From a virus, in IMG/VR virus record IMGVR_UViG_3300000176_000001: a DNA stretch of 64,000 nt. One strand, given 5' to 3'. The notes beneath the pieces were generated by a model, which had not been told where the DNA came from, did no database searches, and was given only the letters and a program-made list of their open reading frames with translations. Shown one piece after another: positions 13,389 to 23,102 of this stretch. The position numbers were made by a program, and so were the translations under genes. Numbering within the stretch: position 1 is the first letter of the stretch; every line of letters begins with the position of its first letter.

Positions 13389-15094
13389 TTTGCAATCCTA
13401 CTAAAGTTTTGGTTCTTCTCAAACTTAATTACATTCTCAAACTTATCACCAATCTGATCTGATTTATGACTGATGATAAACGTGTTTGTATCGACTGTTA
13501 GTTGATTTAATATCTTCATAAACTCCTCAATGCCTGTAGAGTCAAGCGAGCTGTCAAAGACTTCATCCATGATTAGGATATTCGTGTTGATAGAGTTGCG
13601 AAGTTTAGCTACAGCTCTCCATGTAAACAAGATAGCAAGATTGATACGCATCTTCTCACCCTCTGAGAAAGAGGCATAGCTAAACTCATCACGGAATCTT
13701 GACTTAATAGTCTCATTAAACTCCTCATCTAGTTCAAACTGAACGACAAACTCTAGAGCCGCAAGATACTTGTTGATAAGCTTATTGATGACAGGGATAT
13801 ACTGCTTGATAATACGCGACTTAATACCACCATCCTTTAACAGTGATGCTGCAGCATTGAGTGTGATCTTCTCTTCCTCTTTATCCTTCAAGTCATTAAT
13901 GACAGACGTTAAGGATGCCTGTAACTCAACAAGCTTGCTATCATCGATCTCCTCATTAGTCTTCTCAATAGACTCAATCTCTGTCTGAAGCTCTTTACGA
14001 TAAGCAGCTAGTGACTCCATCTTTGTCTTGATGCGATGACACTCTAGATTCTTATCGCTAATACTAGCATGCACCTCGGAAACCTCTGATATTCTCGTAC
14101 TAACTTTATCATACTCCAATGATAACTGCACGAGTCCTTCTTTGATATCACCAATCTTTGCCTGCTTAGTATCGATAGCCTCAGCCTTAAAGACTGAGTT
14201 GATCTGCTGAGTACATGTAGGGCAATTGTCATACTCATGGAAGAACTTAACATCCTTGTTGAGGATATCTAAGTTAGCCTCAATACGCTGCTTTAGTGTC
14301 GACAGTTGATTTATCTTCTTAGACACAGATGGCTCATCAGCTATACTGTCCTGAAGAGTCTTGATGCCAGCTGTTACAGTCCAGTACTCTTTATCAAGAG
14401 TTTCAATACTCTCATTTGTCGTTGCAATACGATCCATCTTATCCTTAATGATGGCTTCATTACTGTTCTGTATCTGCCTAAGATGCTCGCTGATAAGACT
14501 CATCTTCTCGTTGATAAGTCTCTTCTGACTATTAGCCTCGACTATGGCATCCTTGTTAGTTGTTATCTTATCCTTAAGAAGTGTATTCATAGTCGTAAAG
14601 ATCTGGAGATCCAATAGATCCTCAATGATCTCTCGGCGTTGTCCACCAGGCAACTGCATGAATGGCTGGAATGTTGCAGACCCAAGAACAACTACTTGGC
14701 AGAATGACTTATGATTGATCTTGAGAATGTGCTTCTCTAAGATCTCTTGATAGTCCTTCATCTCTGCAGACTGGTTGATGAGGTTATCATTCTGATAGAC
14801 CTCAAAGACTCCTGGCTTTAGTCCACGAACGATCTTATAGCTGTGAGGATGAATATCAAACTCTACCTCGACAACTGCTTCCTTCTTAGTGATCGAGTTG
14901 ACTAGTTGTGGCTTATTGACTTTACGAAATGGCTTACTAAAGAGAGAAAACGACAGCGCGTCGAGAATGGTGGATTTACCTGCACCATTCTCTCCGATGA
15001 TTAATGTCGTGTTACTCTTATTAAATTCTATCTCACTAAAGACATTACCTGTTGAAAGAAAGTTCTTCCAACGGATCTTCTTAAAAACTATCAT
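13385..15094 (-). CDS. 46: recombination ATPase gp46 (Rad50-like)
   Basis: GENGAGKST, CPTC zinc hook, FSEGEK signature, MDEVFD. Confidence 0.97.
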   Translation of the reverse strand: MIVFKKIRWKNFLSTGNVFSEIEFNKSNTTLIIGENGAGKSTILDALSFSLFSKPFRKVNKPQLVNSITKKEAVVEVEFDIHPHSYKIVRGLKPGVFEVYQNDNLINQSAEMKDYQEILEKHILKINHKSFCQVVVLGSATFQPFMQLPGGQRREIIEDLLDLQIFTTMNTLLKDKITTNKDAIVEANSQKRLINEKMSLISEHLRQIQNSNEAIIKDKMDRIATTNESIETLDKEYWTVTAGIKTLQDSIADEPSVSKKINQLSTLKQRIEANLDILNKDVKFFHEYDNCPTCTQQINSVFKAEAIDTKQAKIGDIKEGLVQLSLEYDKVSTRISEVSEVHASISDKNLECHRIKTKMESLAAYRKELQTEIESIEKTNEEIDDSKLVELQASLTSVINDLKDKEEEKITLNAAASLLKDGGIKSRIIKQYIPVINKLINKYLAALEFVVQFELDEEFNETIKSRFRDEFSYASFSEGEKMRINLAILFTWRAVAKLRNSINTNILIMDEVFDSSLDSTGIEEFMKILNQLTVDTNTFIISHKSDQIGDKFENVIKFEKNQNFSRIAK

Positions 15095-16146
15095 GCTATA
15101 TTCAATGCCTCATTGTATAGATTAACAATTGTTGTCTCTAGTCTAGCCTTATTTACACCGGCAGAATTTATCTGGTCAATATACTTTTTAAAGATATCAA
15201 TAGTAGACTCAGCCTCATTGACGATATTGTCGTCAGTCTCAAGATTAAGATTTAAGTTATCCTCTACGATCTGAAGATTAAGAGGATGAGCTGCCTCGAT
15301 CTTAGATATCAATACATCGAATAGGTATGGATTAGTCTTATTCTTTACAATGACCTTAATAATCTTATCTTTAATCATATCGGGATCAATAATAGGCTTA
15401 AAGTCTTTACTATCGTCATACCAAATCTTCTCAAACATTGTATATGGATTTTTGACGAATGTCAACTCCTTCGTCTCTGTATCAAAGATGTGAAACCCTC
15501 GAGGATCATCGTAATCGCTCCAAGTAAACTGTCCATGACTGCCCAGATAGCGAATATTACCAGCACTAGACCTATGATGATAATGCCCAGAACATACGAG
15601 ATCAAAGCGACCAAAGAGATCAGGGCTGTCGCCGTGTGAGACGGGGCTTCCGCGATACATATGGAAGCCCGATAGCTCCAGGTGTCCCATGACGACAGCA
15701 GCCTTTGTATTATTGATCGCATATAGTGACTCCTCGCGGTTCTCATCGTTTATCCACGGCAGGAACAGAACCTTGGTGCCGTCGGCGTCTATCTCAGCTG
15801 GTCTCGTGTGTATCTCGATGTCGTACTTGCGATCGACGATCTCATCGAGTGCGTTGACGCTATTGGTGTTCTTGTAGAAGACGTCGTGGTTGCCCGCGAT
15901 GATCTTCATCTCAATGTCGTTGTGCCACAGCCGCTCTAGGAAGTCTTCCCTGAGGCGTTTAGCTGTGAGAAAGTTGATGTACTTACGGCGATCAACCAAG
16001 TCGCCCAGATGCCACACATCGCTGATCCCATCACGAAGTAGGGTAGGGAAGAATATATCATCGAGGAAACGCTTGGTGTTGTCGATGAAGGCGATGTTGT
16101 CATTGCGAATCCCCCAGTGAGTGTCCGTTATCAGTGCTACCTTCAT
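15091..16146 (-). CDS. 47: recombination nuclease gp47 (Mre11-like)
   Basis: MKVALITDTHWG, GDLVD, GNHD, GHYH; true start is the ATG at 16146. Confidence 0.95.
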   Translation of the reverse strand: MKVALITDTHWGIRNDNIAFIDNTKRFLDDIFFPTLLRDGISDVWHLGDLVDRRKYINFLTAKRLREDFLERLWHNDIEMKIIAGNHDVFYKNTNSVNALDEIVDRKYDIEIHTRPAEIDADGTKVLFLPWINDENREESLYAINNTKAAVVMGHLELSGFHMYRGSPVSHGDSPDLFGRFDLVCSGHYHHRSSAGNIRYLGSHGQFTWSDYDDPRGFHIFDTETKELTFVKNPYTMFEKIWYDDSKDFKPIIDPDMIKDKIIKVIVKNKTNPYLFDVLISKIEAAHPLNLQIVEDNLNLNLETDDNIVNEAESTIDIFKKYIDQINSAGVNKARLETTIVNLYNEALNIA

Positions 16147-16660
16147 TAACCATCTCCAACTTCTTTTTCTTTTCAAGTTTCGCAGCCGCGATCTTATCCT
16201 CAAAAGCTTTAATCACGTTATCAGTATGCTCGTTTGTATTCATGACAGCACCGTCCATATGGTCTTCCATAAGGAATGTATTCTGATAGTTCTTGTGCTT
16301 AATATATGACTGCTTCTTCTCCATCGTGATCCTTCGAATGAAAGCATTCCAAGCAATCTGTGTAAAATAAGCAAATGGATTTTGTGTTCTTGTCGGGTCA
16401 AAGTTACTAACCGATGCCACACAGTTCTCGATGCCGTCAGATATCATGTCGTCTCTATAAGAGTAGTTCATGAAGTTAGGCTTAGTGGATAGCTTCTTAC
16501 ATATGAGCATTAAACACTCACCTATATATCTTGGAATCTGCGGTCTATTTCGACCCTCTGCTTCTGCCAACTTACAAGCTTCCTTGTACTTAACCATCTC
16601 CTCGTACATCGTCTTGTTATTGACATAGTGTTTTCTCGGTTTAGCTACTTTAACTGACAT
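16100..16660 (-). CDS. 55: late sigma factor gp55
   Basis: HYVNNK, YIGEC, NFMNYSYRDDMISDGIENC, NPFAYFTQI..NAFIRRI. Confidence 0.96.
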   Translation of the reverse strand: MSVKVAKPRKHYVNNKTMYEEMVKYKEACKLAEAEGRNRPQIPRYIGECLMLICKKLSTKPNFMNYSYRDDMISDGIENCVASVSNFDPTRTQNPFAYFTQIAWNAFIRRITMEKKQSYIKHKNYQNTFLMEDHMDGAVMNTNEHTDNVIKAFEDKIAAAKLEKKKKLEMVNEGSTDNGHSLGDSQ

Positions 16661-16663
16661 TTA

Positions 16664-18106
16664 TTATACCTCTAATTTTACTGTGTATGTCTTGTACTTA
16701 AACTGCTCCTCGTTATAGATCTTAATTCTCTCGGCAAAGTGCTTCAATGTGGTGTTCTGCTTCTTCTTATATGTCAAGTCATCGGCTATGTCATATAGAG
16801 TAGCTATGTCTTTATCCTCAGCAGTTCTCAATGCTCTGCCTATAGACTGAAGGTTTCTAACCCTAGACTTAGACGGTGATCCAAAGATGATGTTATGTAG
16901 TCTCTTGATATTGACACCAGTAGAGAACGTGCCATAACTTGCCACGATGATGCAGTTGTCCTCGGACTCTACAAGCTTTCTAATAGCTTCTCTGTCCTCG
17001 CCCTCGACACTTCCGGCAACATAGAATACTTTACGGCCGGTCTTGGCTAAGTCATCATATAGTATCTTACCATGCTTCTCGACATATTGAAACAGTAAAA
17101 GTGTGTTGCCCTTCAATGAAAGTGCAAGGTTCTTGATAAATGTATTTCTCTGCTCACACTTGACAAGCCAGTCCATTTCAGTCTGGTAGTCGGCGTTGCT
17201 TAGTATCTGCCTAGCTGTTGGTGGATATTGTAGTAAGATTGCCTTTATTCGAAAGTTTGATAAATGCTTGTTCTCAATAAGTTCAGCAGTTGTAGTAACC
17301 TTCTTGACTGGACCAAAGAGTCCCTCGAGCACGTACCTGTGTGTCTTTGTACCATCTAGTGTTCCTGTCAGGCCAAAGCGATACTTACAGTGATCTAGCT
17401 TTGCCATGATGGATTGAAGGGACTTAGCAGTGAATAGATGAACCTCGTCTCCAATCACTAAGTCATATTGACCAAAGAAGTTCTTATCTAGCTTATAGAT
17501 GGATTGCCATGTCGAGATGGTTACCCACTTGTCTGTTTGCTTGCTCTCGCCTGCATAGATCTTATGAACATCTTCCTCTGCGTCAAATCCATAGTCTTTA
17601 AAGTCTGTCGCTAGCTGGCTGACAAGAGAGGTAGTCGGCACAATGATGAGTGTCTTTAAGTTATAGTATCTCAGCATTAGATAGATTATGAGAGACTTAC
17701 CGGATCCAGTAGGCGATAGCAGAATAGATCTACTATTTCTTACGGCGTGTGCAAATGCACTGAGCTGATAGTCTCTAGGCTCCATGGTAAGACCATAGTG
17801 TTTCGTATCTGCCTGCGCGTCGACTATAGAGAAGTTCTTTGCAGCGAAGTCATCTAAGAACTCCAGCTCATACCCACGCTCACGACAAAACTTCTCAAGA
17901 TAGATCGTCAGGCCACCATAGAGTTGGCAGGACATATGGTTGAATAGTCTGATCTTCCCATCCCACATTTTGTTGCGGAATGTAGGCATAAACTTAGCAC
18001 CAGGAACGTCAAATGTAAAGTGCTCTCGCAGCTCATATGCTACTCCTGGATCACAGATAACCTTGTTGTAAGTCTCATTAATCTTCTTTAACTGTATTAA
18101 TTCCAT
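16664..18106 (-). CDS. uvsW: DNA helicase UvsW
   Basis: WDGKIRLF, SPTGSGKS, DEVH, QSIGR; start coupled to the uvsY stop (TAATG). Confidence 0.95.
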   Translation of the reverse strand: MELIQLKKINETYNKVICDPGVAYELREHFTFDVPGAKFMPTFRNKMWDGKIRLFNHMSCQLYGGLTIYLEKFCRERGYELEFLDDFAAKNFSIVDAQADTKHYGLTMEPRDYQLSAFAHAVRNSRSILLSPTGSGKSLIIYLMLRYYNLKTLIIVPTTSLVSQLATDFKDYGFDAEEDVHKIYAGESKQTDKWVTISTWQSIYKLDKNFFGQYDLVIGDEVHLFTAKSLQSIMAKLDHCKYRFGLTGTLDGTKTHRYVLEGLFGPVKKVTTTAELIENKHLSNFRIKAILLQYPPTARQILSNADYQTEMDWLVKCEQRNTFIKNLALSLKGNTLLLFQYVEKHGKILYDDLAKTGRKVFYVAGSVEGEDREAIRKLVESEDNCIIVASYGTFSTGVNIKRLHNIIFGSPSKSRVRNLQSIGRALRTAEDKDIATLYDIADDLTYKKKQNTTLKHFAERIKIYNEEQFKYKTYTVKLEV

Positions 18107-18540
18107 TATCCGCCCTGAATAAATTTGTTCCAATCAATTGCATTTTTAATCTGGAATCCACGATTTGAAATAGTCTTAATAATATTCTCTAACAATTCTA
18201 TCTTCTCTAACTGATAGCCGATCTTGAGGTTAAGCTCAATGATCTCTTTATCAGACTCCATATACATTGGAAGGTCTGCTTTAAGGATCATTCCTCTTGA
18301 AGGAAGTTCCCATCCTTTGTCCTGTGTCTCTTTTGTGTGTCCTTGTGTATAGAACTCATACTTCTCTAACTTTAAGATCTTTGCATCAGCCTCAAGCTTC
18401 CTTAATAGGAGTCTCTCATTTGTAAAGATCTTATAATACTTATGATGCAGCTGGGGTATCTTTAGTGACTCATCCGACAACTCAGTACGGTCAATCTTGC
18501 TATCAGTCTCCCATAGTGCAAATATATCTTCAATCTTCAC
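18106..18540 (-). CDS. uvsY: recombination mediator UvsY
   Basis: ESLKIPQLHHKY...RGFQIKNAIDW.KF. Confidence 0.93.
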   Translation of the reverse strand: MKIEDIFALWETDSKIDRTELSDESLKIPQLHHKYYKIFTNERLLLRKLEADAKILKLEKYEFYTQGHTKETQDKGWELPSRGMILKADLPMYMESDKEIIELNLKIGYQLEKIELLENIIKTISNRGFQIKNAIDWNKFIQGG

Positions 18541-18580
18541 GTGATACTACTCCAGGACAACTATAACACAATTATAGTTT

Positions 18581-18609
18581 ACTATATCATAGAATTTAAT
18601 TAATGTACA
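18581..18609 (-). promoter_or_regulatory. early promoter for the uvsY-uvsW-55-47-46 operon
   Basis: TGTACA-N17-TATAGT with TGn extension. Confidence 0.65.
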
Positions 18610-18610
18610 A

Positions 18611-19138
18611 CTATATTTTTTCTATCTCAAAGAAAATATATCTAAATGTAGCACTACATGTCATGTAATTAATACTATCGTCTGTAGTAGCGAACTGTAA
18701 TGGTCCTATAGCAACAGGAATACACTCTCTAAAATTAACCTGAAAGTTAGCAACTTTTATTCCATTTGATATTAAAAGAGTTATATCTGATCTTAATCCA
18801 TTACCGGCAGTTATTGGCATAGATGATATCTGTTGATATTGGTTAAAGTCTGCAGGAAAACCAAGCTCAGATAGCCATGTATATATCTCGAGATAATTCT
18901 GTAAGTCCTCATCGACCTTAAAGACTATATTTAAATCATCATAGTAAAGACGATCTCCTGTCATAGGAATATTAGAGAACGGTGTCGGCTGCAAAGGATT
19001 CATAAACGATACACCAGGAAGATTAATAGATTGTATAAAGAAGTTAAGGTGTGGTGCCCTTTGAAGTGAGAAGTCAAAGTTAAGTGGACTTAAAAAGTTC
19101 TTGTTTAAAGGCGTTGTTGTATCCGCAACCATATTCAT
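18611..19138 (-). CDS. 3: tail completion / terminator protein gp3
   Basis: NFLSP..F, NLPG, F.VDEDLQNY.EI..W motifs; located downstream of gp23 as in environmental T4-likes. Confidence 0.85.
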   Translation of the reverse strand: MNMVADTTTPLNKNFLSPLNFDFSLQRAPHLNFFIQSINLPGVSFMNPLQPTPFSNIPMTGDRLYYDDLNIVFKVDEDLQNYLEIYTWLSELGFPADFNQYQQISSMPITAGNGLRSDITLLISNGIKVANFQVNFRECIPVAIGPLQFATTDDSINYMTCSATFRYIFFEIEKI

Positions 19139-19210
19139 CTCCGGTCATTGTATACCTATTTATCACAGAGGCTTAATACCTATTATACACACTATTACGG
19201 TAATGTACAT

Positions 19211-19236
19211 AAAAAAAGGCGGCCCGTAGGCCGCCT
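19211..19236 (-). terminator. intrinsic terminator after gp23
   Basis: AGGCGGCC-TACG-GGCCGCCT followed by a T run; UNCG tetraloop. Confidence 0.9.
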
Positions 19237-19291
19237 AGTTTCTGTCTGGTTAACCCAGATCTTTTTTGTCACTACTGTGACAATATTGTCA

Positions 19292-20692
19292 CTACATAAG
19301 ATTGTTAACAACGATACGGCGATAATACTTGTTAGTATTGAAAGCAAGTTCGCCAGCACCCTTTGTAAGACCCTCAGCGAATGGATTTGCAACCATTCCG
19401 TAACGAGTCTTGAAGCCAATCTTTGGCTGGAAGGTTGACTGATCAACCGCACGAACCATCTGTAGAGGAACGTATGGGCAGTAGAATAGACCGGCATCGA
19501 ATGCCGAAGAACCCTTATAACCAACGGTGAGGTAGTTACCACCGATTGCATATGGATCAATGTAAACACGTAGGCGACCGTTTAGAACACCTGCGAAGGT
19601 GTTGCCCGTGTCGTCAACTTGTAGGTTGTTGCTGTTAAGAGCAGGTGTGTAGTCAAGAACACCAGCCATCTGAAGTGCCGAAGCAACGTCCGACGAGCAG
19701 ATGACGATGTTACCCTTGCCACGACGTGTCTGCTTGGCAATTTGGTTAGCTTCGCGCTCGAGCTGGAACATAAGACCCTTGAACTTCTCAACTGACCAAC
19801 GACCGTTAGAGTCGGTATCAAGATCGAACACGCCAGCAGTTGTTGTGTTTTCCTGAGCACCAGCAACAGCAGTGATGTTGATTGTACGAACAACTTCACG
19901 ATTGATTTCCGCAAGGATTTCAGACGAGAGGATGTTTGTTAGCTCTGTCTCAGCGTCAAGGCCGTGAATTGCCTTAAGATCCTGAGCAAGCTCCATGGTG
20001 TATTCAGCCTTGAGGGCACGTGTCTTAGCAGTGACAGTTACCTTCTCAATTGTGAATGCCATCTGGTTGAAGTTGTTACCAGAGTCAACACCAAGCGACT
20101 CAGCAAGAGCTGTTGGGATAGCCGAACCAGTGTTGTAGGTAGCAGTGTTCACCATTGGGCTGGTGTTTGTCTGACCTGGGATTGTACCGAATGCACCCTG
20201 ACCGAAGGTCGAGTTACCCGATAGAGCGTTTGTACCGGTAGCGAATGCTGTATTAACTTCGTTGTAGAAGGTTTCGTTATCCTGCATCTGACCGTTTGAA
20301 TAGCCGTTTGCACCAGTCTGGTTAGCATAGCGCGAGCGCATTGCGAAGATAAGGCCGGTTGGACCAGTCATTGGCTGAACGCCGCAGATGTCATAAGCAA
20401 TGAGGTTAGGCATTGCACGACGTACGAGCGAGATCAATACTGGGTCGAAGGTGTCAATACCACCAGCGCCAGCCGCCGAGCTCGATGTACCCATGAAGTT
20501 AACAGGGGTAGCCGAAACGGTTTCGTTAAGAGTTGAATAACCACCGTGAGCACTTGCTTCACGGACGGCTAGCTCGGTATTCTCGAGCATTACTGCAGTT
20601 ACAGAGCGGCGGGTCTGGTCTTGGATCTTTGGTAGATCCGCGTGCTCCAGAATTGGCTGCCACTTTCTTTGGATTTCCTCAGCTAGATACAT
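19292..20692 (-). CDS. 23: major capsid protein gp23
   Basis: DPVLISLVRRAMPNLIAYDICGVQPMTGPTGLIFAMR, RALKAEYTMELAQDLKAIHGLDAE, FQPKIGFKTRYG. Confidence 0.99.
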   Translation of the reverse strand: MYLAEEIQRKWQPILEHADLPKIQDQTRRSVTAVMLENTELAVREASAHGGYSTLNETVSATPVNFMGTSSSAAGAGGIDTFDPVLISLVRRAMPNLIAYDICGVQPMTGPTGLIFAMRSRYANQTGANGYSNGQMQDNETFYNEVNTAFATGTNALSGNSTFGQGAFGTIPGQTNTSPMVNTATYNTGSAIPTALAESLGVDSGNNFNQMAFTIEKVTVTAKTRALKAEYTMELAQDLKAIHGLDAETELTNILSSEILAEINREVVRTINITAVAGAQENTTTAGVFDLDTDSNGRWSVEKFKGLMFQLEREANQIAKQTRRGKGNIVICSSDVASALQMAGVLDYTPALNSNNLQVDDTGNTFAGVLNGRLRVYIDPYAIGGNYLTVGYKGSSAFDAGLFYCPYVPLQMVRAVDQSTFQPKIGFKTRYGMVANPFAEGLTKGAGELAFNTNKYYRRIVVNNLM

Positions 20693-20724
20693 TAGTGTCT
20701 CCTTTTCTTATCTAGGACGTATTT

Positions 20725-20732
20725 TATTTATA
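20725..20732 (-). promoter_or_regulatory. late promoter TATAAATA (gp23)
   Basis: Exact consensus upstream of the capsid gene. Confidence 0.85.
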
Positions 20733-20738
20733 TAAGTG

Positions 20739-22112
20739 TTACTTTTTAATTGATCTTGAGATAGCTTGAACGTACTTGCTGACTGTTGGGTCTAAGTGCA
20801 CGGTCTCAGTTGATGTCTCACCTTCAAATGACTCTTCTATAATATTTGTAGAAGCAGGCGCTTTCTTGTCAGATCCGAAATAGTTCTCCTTGATGATGGA
20901 GAGCTTCTTCTGATATGTACCTAAGTCACCATCAAAGTCGATACCCTCTGAAAGAGCGGCAAACTTCTCTTGCTGCGAGAGAGCTAGGTCTTCCATCATG
21001 GAATCCAATAGTCTCTCTTTTTCTACCTCAACGAAAGCCTTCTTAAGCTCTACGTTTTCGGAGATCAATGCGTCGTGCTTGCCCTCGAGCTCTTCGACCT
21101 TCTCGGCCATTGTCTCGAGAACATCTACCTTGTCTTGTGGGACATCGATATAGTGTTCTGCAAATAGACCCTTCATACCTTCGATAAAGTCAGCAACAAG
21201 TTCATTGCGGAGTGTTGACTCAACAGCGACTTCATTTTCCTTCATCCAGTTCTCAACTACGTAGTCGAGATAGGTGTCTACCTTGTTTGTTACTTCTTCC
21301 ATGATGCTCTCAACAGCTTCATTGAGGCTGAGCTCATACTCTTCCTCAAGACGTGCAATCTCGAGAGTTGCGCGTGCATTAACAGCAGCTTCGAAGATTG
21401 TCGTAGCCTTTTCCTTGAACTCTTCTGAGAGATCATCTTGGCCAGCAAACATCTCTTCGACATCTTCCTTAACGCCAAGCTTTGGCATAGGCATCTTTGT
21501 CTTAGGACCTGTTGCACCCTTCATATCGATAGAAGACATGTTCTTAGCAGAGTTATCACCAACACCGTAATCCTTACCAGGACCGAACTGAGCCATTGTC
21601 TCGTGATACCACTTGACAAGGTCTTCCTTCTTCATGGCGTGCATGTGACCGATAGCATGTTGGATCACTTCAATCTTCGACTTAGGGTCGGCGACTGAGC
21701 GGGCACCAGGCTTAAGAGATTCTGCAGCGGATGTTGCTTCATCAACCTGTTGAGTATAATACTCAACTTCTTCTGAATAATTCTTCTTAGAGAGTCCTTT
21801 TTTAAAATTAGAATGCTCTTTATCTCCAAGAACATGTTTTATCTTTTGATGTGAATCAGAATCTCCAGTTTGTGAGTTGTCAGCATGAACAGCTGATTGA
21901 ATATGGCTATGAATAGCATCAGCAGTATCTTTACCATGAGAAGTTTCAATTTTAGACTTTATATCACTTGCTCTCTTTTTACTACTTCTGATAGTAGCAG
22001 GACTTAGATCACTTTCATGACCATAGTGCACATTACCAAGATGGTGATACATACTAGCTGCCATATGACCTAAACTAGCTTCTGAGATATCTTCTATATT
22101 TTCGTTAGACAT
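20739..22112 (-). CDS. 22: prohead scaffold gp22 with a long N-terminal extension
   Basis: LSEEFKEKATTIFEAAV, VDTYLDYVVENW, F.EHYIDVP motifs; lies between gp21 and gp23. Confidence 0.92.
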   Translation of the reverse strand: MSNENIEDISEASLGHMAASMYHHLGNVHYGHESDLSPATIRSSKKRASDIKSKIETSHGKDTADAIHSHIQSAVHADNSQTGDSDSHQKIKHVLGDKEHSNFKKGLSKKNYSEEVEYYTQQVDEATSAAESLKPGARSVADPKSKIEVIQHAIGHMHAMKKEDLVKWYHETMAQFGPGKDYGVGDNSAKNMSSIDMKGATGPKTKMPMPKLGVKEDVEEMFAGQDDLSEEFKEKATTIFEAAVNARATLEIARLEEEYELSLNEAVESIMEEVTNKVDTYLDYVVENWMKENEVAVESTLRNELVADFIEGMKGLFAEHYIDVPQDKVDVLETMAEKVEELEGKHDALISENVELKKAFVEVEKERLLDSMMEDLALSQQEKFAALSEGIDFDGDLGTYQKKLSIIKENYFGSDKKAPASTNIIEESFEGETSTETVHLDPTVSKYVQAISRSIKK

Positions 22113-22139
22113 TTAAGGTCTCCTTCTAGAATTTGTAAT

Positions 22140-22147
22140 TATTTATA
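22140..22147 (-). promoter_or_regulatory. late promoter TATAAATA (gp22)
   Basis: Exact consensus. Confidence 0.8.
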
Positions 22148-22151
22148 AAAA

Positions 22152-22820
22152 TTATCTCTTAAACGCCAAAGAATTCAGATAGTCCTCGAAGATCGCCATC
22201 TTACTCTCATCGAGTTTTGATTTACTCATCTTATGAATCATCTTCTTCGTGTTGTCTAATTTCTCTTCTAACCATGTATCCTTTACAGGATCATAGAGCC
22301 ACTCTACATTCTCCATGATACCCTTAACATAGGCATCAGGAGCAGATGGATCAGCGACAATGTCAGCTGCAGTAGCAAGACGAAAATCATCTTGTACTTC
22401 CATCACACCATCCTTAGATGGCTTTAGTGATCCAAGTCCACGAGATGAGACGCCGAGATTTGCGCCTGACTTCATTAGACCTTTGGCTATGTTACCCATC
22501 GGTGTGTCGGTCAACTTGGCCTTACCGATCCAATTATCGCCGTCTCTTTGTAAATCAACAACTATATGAGACACGCGATCTAGATTAATGCTGGGACCCT
22601 GTGGGTGACCCAGCTCACCATATGCACGTGACTTCTTTACGACATCATTCATATAGCGATTAACTTCATTTTCCATAATGTGTGCAGGATAGCGACGTCC
22701 ATTACGATTCTTAACATTTGCCTGAAGGAACACGCCATGTATATAGTGTTCTTTCTCACCAGACTCTCTAGCCTCAGTGATATACTCTAGTTGCTCAAAT
22801 AACTCCGTGATTAACTTCAT
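22152..22820 (-). CDS. 21: prohead protease gp21
   Basis: KNRNGR.Y, GELGHP, GVSSRG.GS, DIVADPSAP. Confidence 0.97.
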   Translation of the reverse strand: MKLITELFEQLEYITEARESGEKEHYIHGVFLQANVKNRNGRRYPAHIMENEVNRYMNDVVKKSRAYGELGHPQGPSINLDRVSHIVVDLQRDGDNWIGKAKLTDTPMGNIAKGLMKSGANLGVSSRGLGSLKPSKDGVMEVQDDFRLATAADIVADPSAPDAYVKGIMENVEWLYDPVKDTWLEEKLDNTKKMIHKMSKSKLDESKMAIFEDYLNSLAFKR

Positions 22821-22821
22821 C

Positions 22822-23100
22822 TTATGCTCCAGTAAATGCTACAGGGACAACTTGAACAGACGAGTCAGTTGCATTAGATGAAAGATAATCTGTTGGATTC
22901 TTTACTAGTAAAACTTCTTGACCACCAACAACGCTGATGCTATATTTAGCCGAGTTGTTTGCATAGTAGCATGTGACAAGGTGACCACCAGTTGATGATC
23001 CAATTGTTGTGACTCTAACTAGAGTAGCAGCATTATATGTATTGGTAGTAACAGTATTACATACTGCTTCTAATGCTAATGGCTTTAAAATGTGAGTCAT
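22822..23100 (-). CDS. small virion-associated hypothetical protein
   Basis: 92-aa beta-rich ORF in the head operon. Confidence 0.65.
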   Translation of the reverse strand: MTHILKPLALEAVCNTVTTNTYNAATLVRVTTIGSSTGGHLVTCYYANNSAKYSISVVGGQEVLLVKNPTDYLSSNATDSSVQVVPVAFTGA

Positions 23101-23102
23101 GC

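Noticed and set aside
16147-16203. N-terminal extension of gp47 given by the ORF track
   Set aside because: It lies inside gp55; the conserved gp47 start MKVALITDTH begins at 16146.
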